A DNA stretch of 64,000 bases, taken from positions 1-64,000 of the forward strand of contig NIVC01002414.1 in the NCBI GenBank assembly GCA_002269645.1, written 5' to 3'. The translations under genes were made by a program, and so were the position numbers. The notes under the pieces are model-generated. The model saw only the letters and a program-made list of their open reading frames with translations. It made no database searches and was not told the DNA's origin. Source of the stretch: Macrostomum lignano (Eukaryota). Below, in pieces: positions 12,086 to 25,281 of the stretch; positions within the stretch are counted from its first letter, which is position 1; each line of letters starts with the position of its first letter.

Positions 12086-13473
12086 GCCAGACAGATAGAC
12101 AGACACACAGACCCACCTTAATATCGGAGTCCATAATCCACACCAGAGTGCAGGAGTATGACGTCACGGGCAGGCAGGCGATGCAGCCAGGGAAATTCTC
12201 GCCCCTAACGAATCGCTTGGTCTCCGGCGGCACCAGGGCGGTCTCGATAGCCGCACCGCCAGTGAACTGCACTCCAGACCGTCGATCCCGGACGCACAGG
12301 GTGACAAAGTCGCGCGCTTTGATGAGGCCGCCCGCGGTCTCGGCCGTGGCGTTGTGCAGAATAGTCGCGTCCGGACTAAGGCGGGCGACAACTTCGGACA
12401 GAATGAGATTGGGATTCCACGAAGGCTGCTGATCGACTCGATCCCACACCTGCGGATTTAAGCAGTTCCGGGTTTAAGGCGTTGGAAATCGGGATTCGGA
12501 ATTAGCTAGAATGGGATATTAGAGAACTGCAGAACTGAGACAATGGAATCTGAAATTATAAAAAATTAAAATTTTGGAATTGGGATTTGAAATTATGAAA
12601 TATGAAATTTGAGATTTGAGGATCTGGGATGATGAAATATGACACTTATGATTTGGGATCTGGGATGATGAAAAATGAAAATCGGATTTGGGACATGGGA
12701 TTATGTCTATTATGAAATATGAAATTTATTATTTGGGATCTGGGATTATGAAATATGAATATATCGGATTTAGGATCTGCGAATATGATTTATGAATTTT
12801 CGCATCTAGATAATAGCTACAATGCCGCACCTCTTCGAACATCCGATCAGCTGGCAGATTAACCAGAGTCTCTAATCGCCACGCCTTTCCGCTTGTCCTA
12901 TGACGCGATTTCTGCGACAAAACTCGAACTGAGCCTTTTTCAACTGCTGGCTGCCAATCTTTATCCTGCAACAGATTCCAGGCAGCTTCTAGAAGAGCTG
13001 GTCGTTGAGCGAGTAGTTGCGACACCTGTAATTTAGTGAAAAACGCTGATTACATGATTATAATTAAATATCCGGTAATATCTAATGTACTACTTTAACA
13101 TACTCATAGTAGTAGCATTTGAGAAATACAAGCTTTTTGAAGAAATGCAATTTGAAATTTGCTTTTCGTTTATTGACGGATGCGATTCATGCGAACAATC
13201 TCAATGATGATAAATTTTAATGCGAACAAGCCCCATATTTTTATTACTTTTGAATTTTGATCTGAGTCTTGAGCTTATACCGTTCCTTCTATTTAAGGCT
13301 CAATAATAAGAGAAAAATCACAATTTACTTACCTCTTCTTCTGACAAGCCTTTGGTTTTGGTGCCATCTTTTGCTGCAATTCCGCTACTACTACCTCTTC
13401 GCCTTCGATTATTTTCATCTTCTTGATCGCCGTCTCGAAGATAATGCGTGAGGGAGGAGAACAGGCGGGTCAT
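11485..13473 (-). CDS. START-domain lipid transfer protein (StAR/STARD3-like)
   Basis: Exons 13473-13333, 13025-12831, 12449-12117 and 11631-11485, with GT-AG phase-0 junctions. START motifs: WQPAVEKGSVRV, LPADRMFEEVWDRVDQQPSWNPNL, GGLIKARDFV, VRGENFPGC, WIMDSDIKGWIPTGIIDSAM. The 5' end is uncertain because an AG at about 13479 could make the first exon internal. Confidence 0.9.
11745..12112. repeat. Intronic 22-bp minisatellite followed by a (CAGA)n microsatellite
   Basis: TAGGACACTCAGATTAGACAGG units to about 11960, then (CAGA)n up to the donor at 12116. Confidence 0.9.
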
Positions 13474-14814
13474 TTCTCTATTAAAGCAAATTGACTGTAC
13501 TTCGATATACTTTATAGTTTTTTTCCGGCTTATGCTGTTAACGTTGAAAGGATTAAGCCCTAAGCCAAAGTCAAAGCTCGGAGCTTGAAAGAGAGCTTGA
13601 AACTTGACGCGTTTAACAAGTGGGGGAATTTTATTCCGTATGTATATACGAGTATATAATGTGAAATGCATGCGAACAAACCCACCATAAACCTTTAAAT
13701 GTACACACAGGGTGCAGACACAGGGCAGATAGGGTTACAGGGATGACGTGGTGAAAGCTGGTGTACACTGGGAGCCCCGATTTTTACTGGTCGGACAGTG
13801 TGGGGTGGTGGGGCTGAGTGGCGGGCTTGGAGGGGTTGGTCGCGGGTGGCGTGATTATTAACTGCAGGCCCATTTTAGTCCAAGCCCCCGTTTGGCTCAA
13901 AGCCCCTGGGGTAATAGAGAGAAGGACGAGGGTAAGGAAAGGAGGAAGGAAACCCCGATGACTTGTTCTAAAAATAGCCTACGCGCCTACGCGCTTGCAA
14001 TACCAAAATGGGAAAGGATGAAGTTGAAGTGGAGTCGATTAGAGTAGGCCAAAAACTCCGAAAATTGGAACAACAACCGGACACTGTTGGATGTTGCTTT
14101 ACTTTTTTGCTGCTTGCGGAGCTGTCAACTGTGTTCAGTTCAGTAGAATTGCCACATGCAGAACATAGCGGAACAGCACTAGAAATTAATGTCCTTTCCT
14201 CTTATCAGCGTTAATCGTTATCTCTTTGCTAAGAGCGGAAAATAAAGCAATACCGCTACACTCGCTTATGCCGTGTAGATAGATAGATAAGAATATAAAA
14301 TCACACGATAATTGGAGAAAGGCAAGGCATTGAAAAAAATGTAGTAACATTTCGCAAGTTTTTAGGCCAGTAAAAACTGGTCTAGCTAATAAAGCATCAA
14401 AGTTCAAAGAGTAGGAATATATACAGGCCTGGAACTAGAGCAGAGCACCAGGGTCAAAGCCAATTTGACTGAACTTCGTGAGAAAAATATAAAACTATAA
14501 AAATTGCCGCAGTAAGAAACGCTACGACATTATATATAGTTATAGTCCGTAGCTAAAATATTAAGATTAGTTAAGTATAATATAAACTAACACCTGCGCC
14601 TATTGCGTAGTTTAATGAGCAGATTTAGCTGCGCCCATGAGGCATATCATATAAGGAAAATAGTGTACAAAACATTTCAATCCAGCAATCAGTGTAGGTG
14701 CTAAATTTTAGAAATGGTTAAAAGGTGTAAAAGGTAAAAAACATTTCTTGCTCCATTACCTGCGTCTGCGTGAATTATTGGCAATTATTGTTGCGCCTCT
14801 GCGTAGAGGTGGAT

Positions 14815-17800
14815 ATGGAGGGAGAGAGAGAAAGAAAGAAGAGAATGAGACAAGATGAAGGAGACTACAGAGAAGAGGAGACAAGATGAGGGAGATAATA
14901 GATGGGAGACAAGATGATCGAGATGACAGAGAAGTTAAGGAGACAAGATGGGGGAGATGACAGAGAAGTGAAGGAAACAAGATGGGGGAGATGACAGAGA
15001 AGTGAAGGAGACAAGATGATCGAGATGACAGAGAAGTGAAGGAGACAAGATGGGGGAGATGACAGAGAAGTTAAGGAGACAAGATGGGGGAGATGACAGA
15101 GAAGTGAAGGAGACAAGATGGGGGAGATGACAGAGAAGTGAAGGAGACAAGATGGGGGAGATGACAGAGAAGTGAAGGAAACAAGATGGGGGAGATGACA
15201 GAGAAGTGAAGGAGACAAGATGGGGGAGATGACAGAGAAGTGAAGGAGACAAGATGGGGGAGATGACAGAGAAGTGAAGGAGACAAGATGGGGAGATGAC
15301 AGAGAAGTTAAGGAGACAAGATGGGGGAGATGACAGAGAAGTGAAGGAGACAAGATGGGGGAGATGACAGAGAAGTGAAGGAGACAAGATGGGGGAGATG
15401 ACAGAGAAGTGAAGGAGACAAGATGATCGAGATGACAGAGAAGTGAAGGAGACAAGATGGGGGAGATGACAGATAAGTTAAGGAGACAAGATGGGGGAGA
15501 TGACAGAGAAGTTAAGGAGACAAGATGGGGGAGATGACAGAGAAGTGAAGGAAACAAGATGGGGGAGATGACAGAGAAGTGAAGGAGACAAGATGGGGGA
15601 GATGACAGAGAAGTGAAGGAGACAAGATGGGGGAGATGACAGAGAAGTTAAGGAGACAAGATGGGGGAGATGACAGAGAAGTGAAGGAAACAAGATGGGG
15701 GAGATGACAGAGAAGTGAAGGAGACAAGATGATCGAGATGACAGAGAAGTGAAGGAGACAAGATGGGGGAGATGACAGATAAGTTAAGGAGACAAGATGG
15801 GGAGATGACAGAGAAGTTAAGGAGACAAGATGGGGGAGATGACAGAGAAGTTAAGGAGACAAGATGGGGAGATGACAGAGAAGTTAAGGAGACAAGATGG
15901 GGGAGATGACAGAGAAGTTAAGGAGACAAGATGGGGGAGATGACAGAGAAGTTAAGGAGACAAGATGGGGGAGATGACAGAGAAGTTAAGGAGACAAGAT
16001 GGGGGAGATGACAGAGAAGTGAAGGAAACAAGATGGGGGAGATGACAGAGAAGTGAAGGAAACAAGATGGGGGAGATGACAGAGAAGTGAAGGAAACAAG
16101 ATGGGGGAGATGACAGAGAAGTGAAGGAAACAAGATGGGGGAGATGACAGAGAAGTGAAGGAGACAAGATGGGGGAGATGACAGAGAAGTGAAGGAGACA
16201 AGATGGGGGAGATGACAGAGAAGTGAAGGAAACAAGATGGGGGAGATGACAGAGAAGTGAAGGAGACAAGATGGGGGAGATGACAGAGAAGTGAAGGAGA
16301 CTAGATGGGGGAGATGACAGAGAAGTTAAGGAGACAAGATGGGGGAGATGACAGAGAAGTGAAGGAGACAAGATGGGGGAGATGACAGAGAAGTGAAGGA
16401 GACAAGATGATCGAGATGACAGAGAAGTGAAGGAGACAAGATGGGGGAGATGACAGAGAAGTTAAGGAGACAAGATGGGGGAGATGACAGAGAAGTTAAG
16501 GAGACAAGATGGGGGAGATGACAGAGAAGTGAAGGAAACAAGATGGGGGAGATGACAGAGAAGTGAAGGAGACAAGATGGGGGAGATGACAGAGAAGTGA
16601 AGGAGACAAGATGGGGGAGATGACAGAGAAGTGAAGGAGACAAGATGGGGGAGATGACAGAGAAGTGAAGGAGACAAGATGGGGAGATGACAGAGAAGTT
16701 AAGGAGACAAGATGGGGGAGATGACAGAGAAGTGAAGGAGACAAGATGGGGGAGATGACAGAGAAGTGAAGGAGACAAGATGATCGAGATGACAGAGAAG
16801 TTAAGGAGACAAGATGGGGGAGATGACAGAGAAGTTAAGGAGACAAGATGGGGGAGATGACAGAGAAGTGAAGGAAACAAGATGGGGGAGATGACAGAGA
16901 AGTGAAGGAGACAAGATGGGGGAGATGACAGAGAAGTTAAGGAGACAAGATGGGGGAGATGACAGAGAAGTGAAGGAGACAAGATGGGGGAGATGACAGA
17001 GAAGTGAAGGAAACAAGATGGCGGAGATGACAGAGAAGTGAAGGAGACAAGATGATCGAGATGACAGAGAAGTGAAGGAGACAAGATGGGGGAGATGACA
17101 GAGAAGTTAAGGAGACAAGATGGGGGAGATGACAGAGAAGTTAAGGAGACAAGATGGGGAGATGACAGAGAAGTTAAGGAGACAAGATGGGGGAGATGAC
17201 AGAGAAGTGAAGGAAACAAGATGGGGGAGATGACAGAGAAGTGAAGGAGACAAGATGGGGGAGATGACAGAGAAGTTAAGGAGACAAGATGGGGGAGATG
17301 ACAGAGAAGTTAAGGAGACAAGATGGGGGAGATGACAGAGAAGTTAAGGAGACAAGATGGGGGAGATGACAGAGAAGTTAAGGAGACAAGATGGGGAGAT
17401 GACAGAGAAGTTAAGGAGACAAGATGGGGGAGATGACAGAGAAGTGAAGGAGACAAGATGGGGAGATGACAGAGAAGTTAAGGAGACAAGATGGGGGAGA
17501 TGACAGAGAAGTTAAGGAGACAAGATGGGGGAGATGACAGAGAAGTGAAGGAGACAAGATGGGGAGATGACAGAGAAGTTAAGGAGACAAGATGGGGGAG
17601 ATGACAGAGAAGTGAAGGAGACAAGATGGGGAGATGACAGAGAAGTAAAGGAGACAAGATGGGGAGATGACAGAGAAGTGAAGGAGACAAGATGGGGGAG
17701 ATGACAGAGAAGTGAAGGAGACAAGATGGGGAGATGACAGAGAAGTGAAGGAGACAAGATGGGGGAGATAACAGAGAAGTGAAGGAGACAAGATGGGGGA

Positions 17801-18007
17801 GATAACAGAGAAGTGAAGGAGACAAGATGGGGAGATGACAGAGAAGTGAAGGAGACAAGATGGGGGAGATGACAGAGAAGTGAAGGAGACAAGATGGGGG
17901 AGATGACAGAGAAGTTAAGGAGACAAGATGGGGGAGATGACAGAGAAGTGAAGGAGACAAGATGGGGGAGATGACAGAGAAGTGAAGGAGACAAGATGGG
18001 GAGATGA
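14815..18007. repeat. 3.2-kb 34-bp satellite (GAGACAAGATGGGGGAGATGACAGAGAAGTGAAG)
   Basis: About 90 near-identical units with recurring variants (GTTAAG, GGAAAC, GATCGA). Explains all of the LCHLPHLVS ORFs. Confidence 0.97.
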
Positions 18008-18339
18008 CGCGGAAATACTCGTAGATGACACTTTGCGTGCGGGGATCAGAGTGAGGCAGCTGCAGATAGCAACGAGATAGGAGAACAGAAACTGCAAAGT
18101 GTAGAAGCATACGCGCTGGTAGCTCGTACATATATAGCCTTGGCTAACCATAACAGTCCATATAGAAAAGCCATTAAATCCCAAAATTCTCTCAGCAAAG
18201 CGCGAAAAAATGATATGAAATAAAAATAATAATTGGCTATTATGAATAGTTAAGTATAGCACAGCCGGCAACCGGCCGCCCCTAGCGAACTGTGAACTGG
18301 TTCGATATGATCGTGTGAAGCTGTGATCCTTTGAGCTTG

Positions 18340-19025
18340 TGATCTTGTGAAATTATGATCTTGTGAAATTATGATCTTGTGAAATTATGATCTTGTAAAA
18401 TTGTGAAATTGTGAAATTATGATCTTGTGAAATTGTGATCTTGTGAAATTATGATCTTGTGAAGTTATGATCTTGTGAAATTATGATCTTGTGAAGTTAT
18501 GATCTTGTGAAATTATAATCTTGTGAAATTATGATCTTGTGAAATTATAATCTTGTGAAATTATGATCTTGTTAAATTGTGATCCTGTGAAACTGTGATC
18601 CTGTGAAATTGTGATCCTGTGAAATTGTGATCTTGTGAAATTGTGATCCTGTGAAATTGTGATCTTGTTAAATTGTGATCCTGTGAAATTGTGATCCTGT
18701 GAAATTGTGATCCTGTGAAATTGTGATCCTGTGAAATTGTGATCCTGTGAAATTGTGATCCTGTGAAATTGTGATCCTGTGAAATTGTGATCCTGTGAAA
18801 TTGTGATCTTGTTAAATTGTGATCCTGTGAAACTGTGATCTTGTGATATTGCGACCCTATGAAATTATGATCTTGTGAAATTATGATCTTGTGAAGTTAT
18901 GATCTTGTGAAATTATAATCTTGTGAAATTATAATCTTGTTAAATTGTGATCCTGTGAAACTGTGATCCTGTGAAATTGTGATCCTGTGAAATTGTGATC
19001 CTGTGAAATTGGTGACCCCGTGAAA
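18340..19025. repeat. 16-bp minisatellite (TTGTGAAATT[A/G]TGATC)
   Basis: Tandem copies read directly. Confidence 0.95.
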
Positions 19026-19678
19026 TAGTGAGCTTGTGATATTATTACTTTTTGAAGTTGACATCTTATTCATTGTGCCATAGGGTAAATTCCGATTATA
19101 AGTAAGACAGTTTATTGAAGACAATCTTCTCGAACTGCTTCTATAATGGCCGCATGGTTATAGTACAGTGACAGTTAGCTACAATGGTACCACCTAGATA
19201 GTGGCAGTGGCGCCAGACACAGTGTGCACGGGTATGCGTGTGTGTGCATGTCTGTAGACACAGTGCTTCACAAAATGCAGAAAATTTCTTCTCTCTGTCC
19301 TCTCAGCAGAGTGCAACTGTGAAGAATTAAATATAGTGGCTTCTGCTGCTTCTGCTTCTTCTGCTGCAGTTATTACGCATTTATTTTGCACTATTGCCTT
19401 TTGCGCAAATATGTTCCAGACTACTATCGATAGTTGTAATATCAGTAGAATGTTTTGAAAATTAATTCTTATTTCAATTTTTTTTTATTTCTGGAAAAAC
19501 CAAAGGAACTGTTTTTTTAATTAAAATTTATTTTGTTATTATGCAGAAGTTTAACGCAGCTTTGTTGTACGAGTATCCCAAAAAGTGATGACACTATATT
19601 CGCTACTGCATATAGTAGTAATATTACAATTAATAATATAATCTATTTGATGATGATTTACGGCTGGGCGCACGCATT

Positions 19679-20065
19679 CTACAATCGTTGGTGCTCGGCC
19701 ATCAGCACATTGTAGTTTCGCCGAATTCTCAGCAGTATGGAGCCGAGCTCGCGTTCGAGTTGGAACCGTTTCTCGGAATCTGTCACTTCGCTGTAACCGT
19801 AGGCTAGGGATACCAGCAGCTGCCGGTTCCAGGGGATTGGCGGTGTCAATATTTGCCATAAAGAGTAATTGACTTTTGTATGCGATTGAGCTGGCAATCG
19901 GTATAATAAATTTATGATTTGTAACTTTATTACAACCAATCTATAAATCAGTCACACAATCAATAAATAAAGCAATTAATCAATCAATCAATCAATCAAT
20001 CAAGCAGTCAACTAATCAACCAACCAATCAATCAATTGATCAATCAATAAATCAATCAATCAATT

Positions 20066-20100
<35 letters not shown>

Positions 20101-20209
20101 TGATCAATCAATAAATCAATCAATTAATCAACCAATCAATCAATCAATCAAACAGTCAACCAATCAACCAACCAATCAATCAATTGATCAATCAATAAAT
20201 CAATCAATG

Positions 20210-20240
<31 letters not shown>

Positions 20241-20261
20241 TGATCAATCAATTAATCAATT

Positions 20262-20324
<63 letters not shown>

Positions 20325-20388
20325 TTATCAATGAATAAATCAATCAATTAATCAACCAACCAATCAATCAATCAATCAAGCAAGCAAT

Positions 20389-20426
<38 letters not shown>

Positions 20427-20509
20427 GTCAACCAATCAACCAATCAACTAAACAATCAATCAATTGATCAATTGATCAATCAATAAATCAATCAATTAAT
20501 CAACCAATA

Positions 20510-20564
<55 letters not shown>

Positions 20565-20675
20565 TGATCAATCAATCAATCAATCAACCAATCAACCAGT
20601 CAATCAATCAATCAATCAATCAAGCAATCAATCAATCAATCAATTTATCAATGAATAAATCAATCAATTAATCAA

Positions 20676-20723
<48 letters not shown>

Positions 20724-20753
20724 GCAATCAATCAATCAATTTATCAATGAATA

Positions 20754-20820
<67 letters not shown>

Positions 20821-23800
20821 TGATCAATCAATAAATCAATAAATTAATCAACCAATCAATCAATCAATCAATCAACCAACCAAAGAAATTATATCGTTGT
20901 TCCAACACATGTTAGCAAAATAAGCATATTAAAAATCAATAATATTACTAGCAGTAGCATAATCAGCAAGTGTCAAAACAAAAAAACTCACGCAGATAAC
21001 AAAAACTAGCCAAGGCGACAGTAGAAACACAGCCAGCATAGTGAATTTCTTGTACTCGTCGGACTCATCGACGCCAAAATATGTCAACAGCTCTTTAATA
21101 TTGTTCTCCATCTTGTACGTGGCCACCGGGATGCAGTCGAACTGTTTAGTTGAGCCAACTTTTCTAGTAGTGTAGGACGGAGGGCATTCGTGACAGTCAA
21201 CGCTGCCCCAGTCGCTTGAGTAGGTGCCCACTGGGCACATGTGACAGATGGAGTTCTTCTCTGAGGCGGCTTGAATCCACGGCTGATTTTTCAGGTGATA
21301 GCCGGGGCGGCAGAGCACTGAGCGGGGAAATGGGAGTTGGATTAGGAGAAAAATAGGTTCATAGGAACCATTTTGAGTGTCTGGGACCACTTTAGGGTGT
21401 CTTTGAAACCGCTTTTGGGTGTCTTTGGAACCGCTTTAGGGTGTCTTTGGAAACGCTTTAGGGTGTCATTGGAACCGCTTTTGGGTGTCATTGGAACCGC
21501 TTTAGGGTGTCTTTGGAACCGCTTTTGGGTGTCTTTGGAACCGCTTTGAGTGTCTTTGGAACCGCTTTGAGTGTCTTTGGAACCGCTTTGAGTGTCTTGG
21601 GGAATCGCATTTGAGTGTCTTGGGAATCATATTTGAGTGTCTTGGGAATCATATTTGAGTGTCTTGGGAATCATATTTGAGTGTCTTGGGAATCATATTT
21701 GAGTGTCTTTGGGAATCACATTTGAGTGTCTCGGGGAATCACATTTGAGTGTCTTTGGGAATCACATTTGAGTGTCTTGGGGAATCACATTTGAGTGTCT
21801 CGGGGAATCACATTTGAGTGTCTCGGGGAATCACATTTGAGTGTCTTTGGGAATCACATTTGAGTGTGTTTGGAACCTGGGAGACATCAGCTGTGCACTC
21901 ACCGCACTCCCAGTCGTACTTAACGCTCAAATAAGAGCCGCTGCCGACGCAATCACTTTTAACTTGCGGCTTTGCCGTGATCACCAGCGTCAGCAGCAGC
22001 GGGTGCGGATTCAAGGAGCCCAGCGGACCCAAATCGATCGACTGGCCGGTGATGTTCCAGCGGACTGCGTTCTGAATAAAAGTATTCGGGGTGTTATTCA
22101 CAGGCCTGACAATGAGGAAGTCATTTGTCAGACATTTGAACACACTCTGTGCCTTGGGGGTTGGCCCTCATAGGTGGGTGTGAAAACGGAATCGAACCAT
22201 GGGTCGAGTCTGACACGCTTTACTGCTGAGTCGGTCAGTAACACCAAACTCACCCGTTTAATAGCATTTTTCCGATTCTCAATAAACGACTCGGCACCCA
22301 GTTTGAGCAACTTCTGATTGGATAGATAGAGTTTCAGTTTGCCCTGAATTGTCACGCTGTTTTCATTGTCGAATACTGGGATCAGAATGTCTACGGTGGG
22401 ATTTTCGCAGTACTGATCCATATTGTCGCGACACTCGGACTCGAGCAGTCTGAGCAAGGTCAGCTTGAATAGGCTGTAAATGAATTTCGACTTTGCTTGA
22501 ATTAGAAACTTACGTAGATTAAAGTTTGATCAGATGGATACCAGGCTTGAGTAGATCGGAGACATGTCAGATTTGAGTAGATCAGAGAGATGTCAGATTT
22601 GAGTTGATCGGAGAGATGTTCAGATTTGATTAGATCAGAGAGATGTCAGATTTGAGTAGATCGGAGAGATGTCAGATTTGAGTAGATCGGAGAGATGTCA
22701 GATTTGAGTAGATCAGAGAGATGTTCAGATTTGATTAGATCAGAGAGATGTCAGATTTGAGTTGATCGGAGAGATGTCAGATTTGAGTAGATCGGAGAGA
22801 TGTCAGATTTGAGTAGATCGGAGAGATGTCAGATTTGAGTAGATCGGAGAGATGTCAGATTTGAGTAGATCGGAGAGATGTCAGATTTGAGTAGATCGGA
22901 GAGATGTCATATTTGAGAAGATCATAGAGATGTCAGATTTGAGTAGCTCGGAGACATGTCAGATTTGAGTAGATCGGAGAGATGTCAGATTTGAGAAGAT
23001 CGGAGAGATGTCAGATTTGAGTAGATCGGAGAGATGTCAGATTTGAGTAGATCGGAGAGATGACATGTCAGATTTGAGTAGATCGGAGAGATCTCAGATT
23101 TGAGTAGATCGGAGACATGTCAGATTTGAGTAGATCGGAGAGATCTCAGATTTGAGTAGATCGGAGACATGTCAGATTTGAGTAGATCGGAGAGATGTCA
23201 GATTTGAGTAGATCGGAGACATGTCAGATTTGAGTAGATCGACTGTCAGACTTCATTAGTTATCCTACAACCCAAGCGCAGACTTGCCCCATCTCCTGCG
23301 GCCGTGTCAGCTTCTCAATATCGAACGATGCGCCGCTGCGAAAAATTTTCAGCGTGGCATTCATAAACACGAAAATCTCTGTGACTGCCAGCTCATTAGC
23401 AAACAAGTGATGCTTGAATTGGCCTCGGCTGAACTCTGAAAAGTCCTGATAATAGTTCCAATCCATGTTCAGCTGGCCCTTCTTAAATTCGCTATAGAAC
23501 ATGTTGTACTTCTTGGCGTGTTGAACCTTCGAAGTGAAGGCTGTGTCGCATAGGAACCAGTTGTGTCCAATAATGGGCTCCATCACCTATAAGGGATATT
23601 TTAAGGATTATGGAAGTGTAGTATATAATGCTGCTCTACATCATGATAAAGACCAATTCTGGGTAATCAAAATCTTGAGTTCTGTAATGGTGCAGGTTTT
23701 GCCGTGTGGCTCCATGAGAGGAGCTGAGAGGGTGCAGTGAATGTAGATGTAATGCAAGGGTTTCGTGATCTGGGAGGGGTACTGAGGCTTTGGAATTGGG

Positions 23801-25084
23801 TACTGAGGACCTGGAAAGGGTACTGAGGCTCTGGAAGGAGTACTGAGGATCTGAAAGGGGCACTAAGGCTCTGGATGGGGTACTGAGCCTCTGGAAGGGG
23901 TACTGAGGCTTTGGAATTGGGTACTGAGGACCTGGAAAGGGTACTGAGGCTCTGGAAGGAGTACTGAGGATCTGAAAGGGGCACTAAGGCTCTGGATGGG
24001 GTACTGAGCCTCTGAAAGGGGTACTGAGGATCTGGAAGGGGAACTGAGGCTCTGGAAGGGGTACTGAGGATCTGGAAGGGGTACTGAGGCTCTGGAAGGG
24101 GTACTGAGGATCTGGGAAGAGTACTAAGGCTCTGGAAGGGGTATTGAGGCTCTCGAAGGGGTACTGAGGCTCTGGAAGGGGTACTGAGGCTCTGGAAGGG
24201 GTACTGAGGATCAGGATGGGGTACTGAGACTCTGGAAGGGGTACTGAGGATCTGGAAGGGGTAGTGAGGCTCTAGAAGGGGTAACTGAGGATCTGGAAGC
24301 GGTACTAAGGATCTGAGAGGGTTAATGAGGATCTGGGAAGGTTCCTGAGATCTGAGACTTAGAGGGTTACTGAGGATCTGGGAAAGATACTAAAGATCCG
24401 GGAGGGTTACTGAGGATCTGGGAAAGGTACTAAAGATCCGGGAGGGTTACTGAGATCTGCGAAAGGTACTGAAGATCCGGGTGGGTTACTGAGATCTGGG
24501 AAAGGTACTGGGGATTCGGGAGGGTTACTGAGGATCTGTTAGAATTAGCGAGGATCTGGACGGAAGATCATCGAGGATTTTGGAAAAGTCACAAGCATAT
24601 ACTGCGGATCAACTGACGGTGAAAGCCATATCCTGCTCACCACTAGTTTTCCTTCGCCATCGTTAATGCTAGGAAAAGTTCTCGGATGATGCATAGAGTC
24701 CAGCCTGCGGTACCAGGCCATATCCAACTGGTTGCTAATGCCAAACTGTCTACCATCGTTTCCATAGTAACAGGGCACAATAACTAGCTGGTCAACTAGC
24801 ACCGAGTGCAGATAGGTAACCGGATTATTAATAGCACTGCGCAGTAGAAACATAAACGGACTGTTGGTCTCAGTGTCGAATGGCGACGAACTTCCATTGC
24901 CAGAAGTTCCAAACGATCGCTTCTTCGTGGCGCGAGTCCTTGGCCCGGTGACTGTGGCTGGCGTTCGCTTTTTCGAGCCGGAACTTAACCCGAAACTGAT
25001 TGCGTCAGTTGCTAGGCAGATGACTAGTTGCAATACTACTGGAGCTAGCAGTGGTAGTACATGTAGCTTGAGACAGGCGGCCAT
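19679..25084 (-). CDS. Multi-exon predicted type I membrane protein with a Cys-rich GCC2/GCC3 (ephrin-receptor-like) module. Exon structure only partly resolved.
   Basis: Signal-peptide-like start MAACLKLHVLPLLAPVVLQLVICLA (25084). Coding blocks at about 24545-25084, 23260-23586, 21860-22473 (with a frameshift near 22140), 20992-21340 (LCRPGYHL...CHMCPVGTYSSDWGSVDCHECPPSYTTRKVGSTKQFDC, then TM MLAVFLLSPWLVFVIC) and 19679-19890 (helical tail). Some phases do not reconcile without indels. Confidence 0.7.
19960..20882. repeat. (CAAT)n microsatellite, intronic
   Basis: About 920 bp of CAAT with variants. Confidence 0.97.
21388..21870. repeat. 21-23-bp intronic minisatellite (GTGTCTTTGGAACCGCTTTGA grading into GTGTCTTGGGAATCACATTTGA)
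   Basis: Tandem units whose sequence changes gradually along the array. Confidence 0.9.
22545..23242. repeat. 26-bp intronic minisatellite (GAGTAGATCGGAGAGATGTCAGATTT)
   Basis: Tandem copies read directly. Confidence 0.95.
23775..24538. repeat. About 21-bp intronic minisatellite (GGGGTACTGAGGCTCTGGAAG)
   Basis: Tandem, degenerating rightwards. Confidence 0.9.
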
Positions 25085-25281
25085 GATAAGTAGACTGTGG
25101 TGCCCGTGAGCGATAACTTCGGTTGGAGGCTCTTCTATATTTTTATTTAAATGATTATTTTTTCAGCCTTTGCAAAAGCTCTTTAGCTTGGAGATTAAAT
25201 TTTTATTGTTACTTTGACCATAAACAATAAATTTTTAAAGTTTGAGTTACAAAGCACTCTGAATTTTGGAGAGTGACGGTG

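Noticed and set aside
14815-18007. Regular arrays here and at 9912-10450 and 41590-42030 as possible CRISPR arrays
   Set aside because: Units are head-to-tail with no unique spacers, there are no cas genes, and the context is eukaryotic.
14756-18131. Many 70-300 aa ORFs (LCHLPHLVS..., also QILSCWASLP, FYLNPYR, VCLS, RGSVLL and IPSIP types elsewhere)
   Set aside because: They are translations of tandem repeats whose units lack stop codons in some frames.
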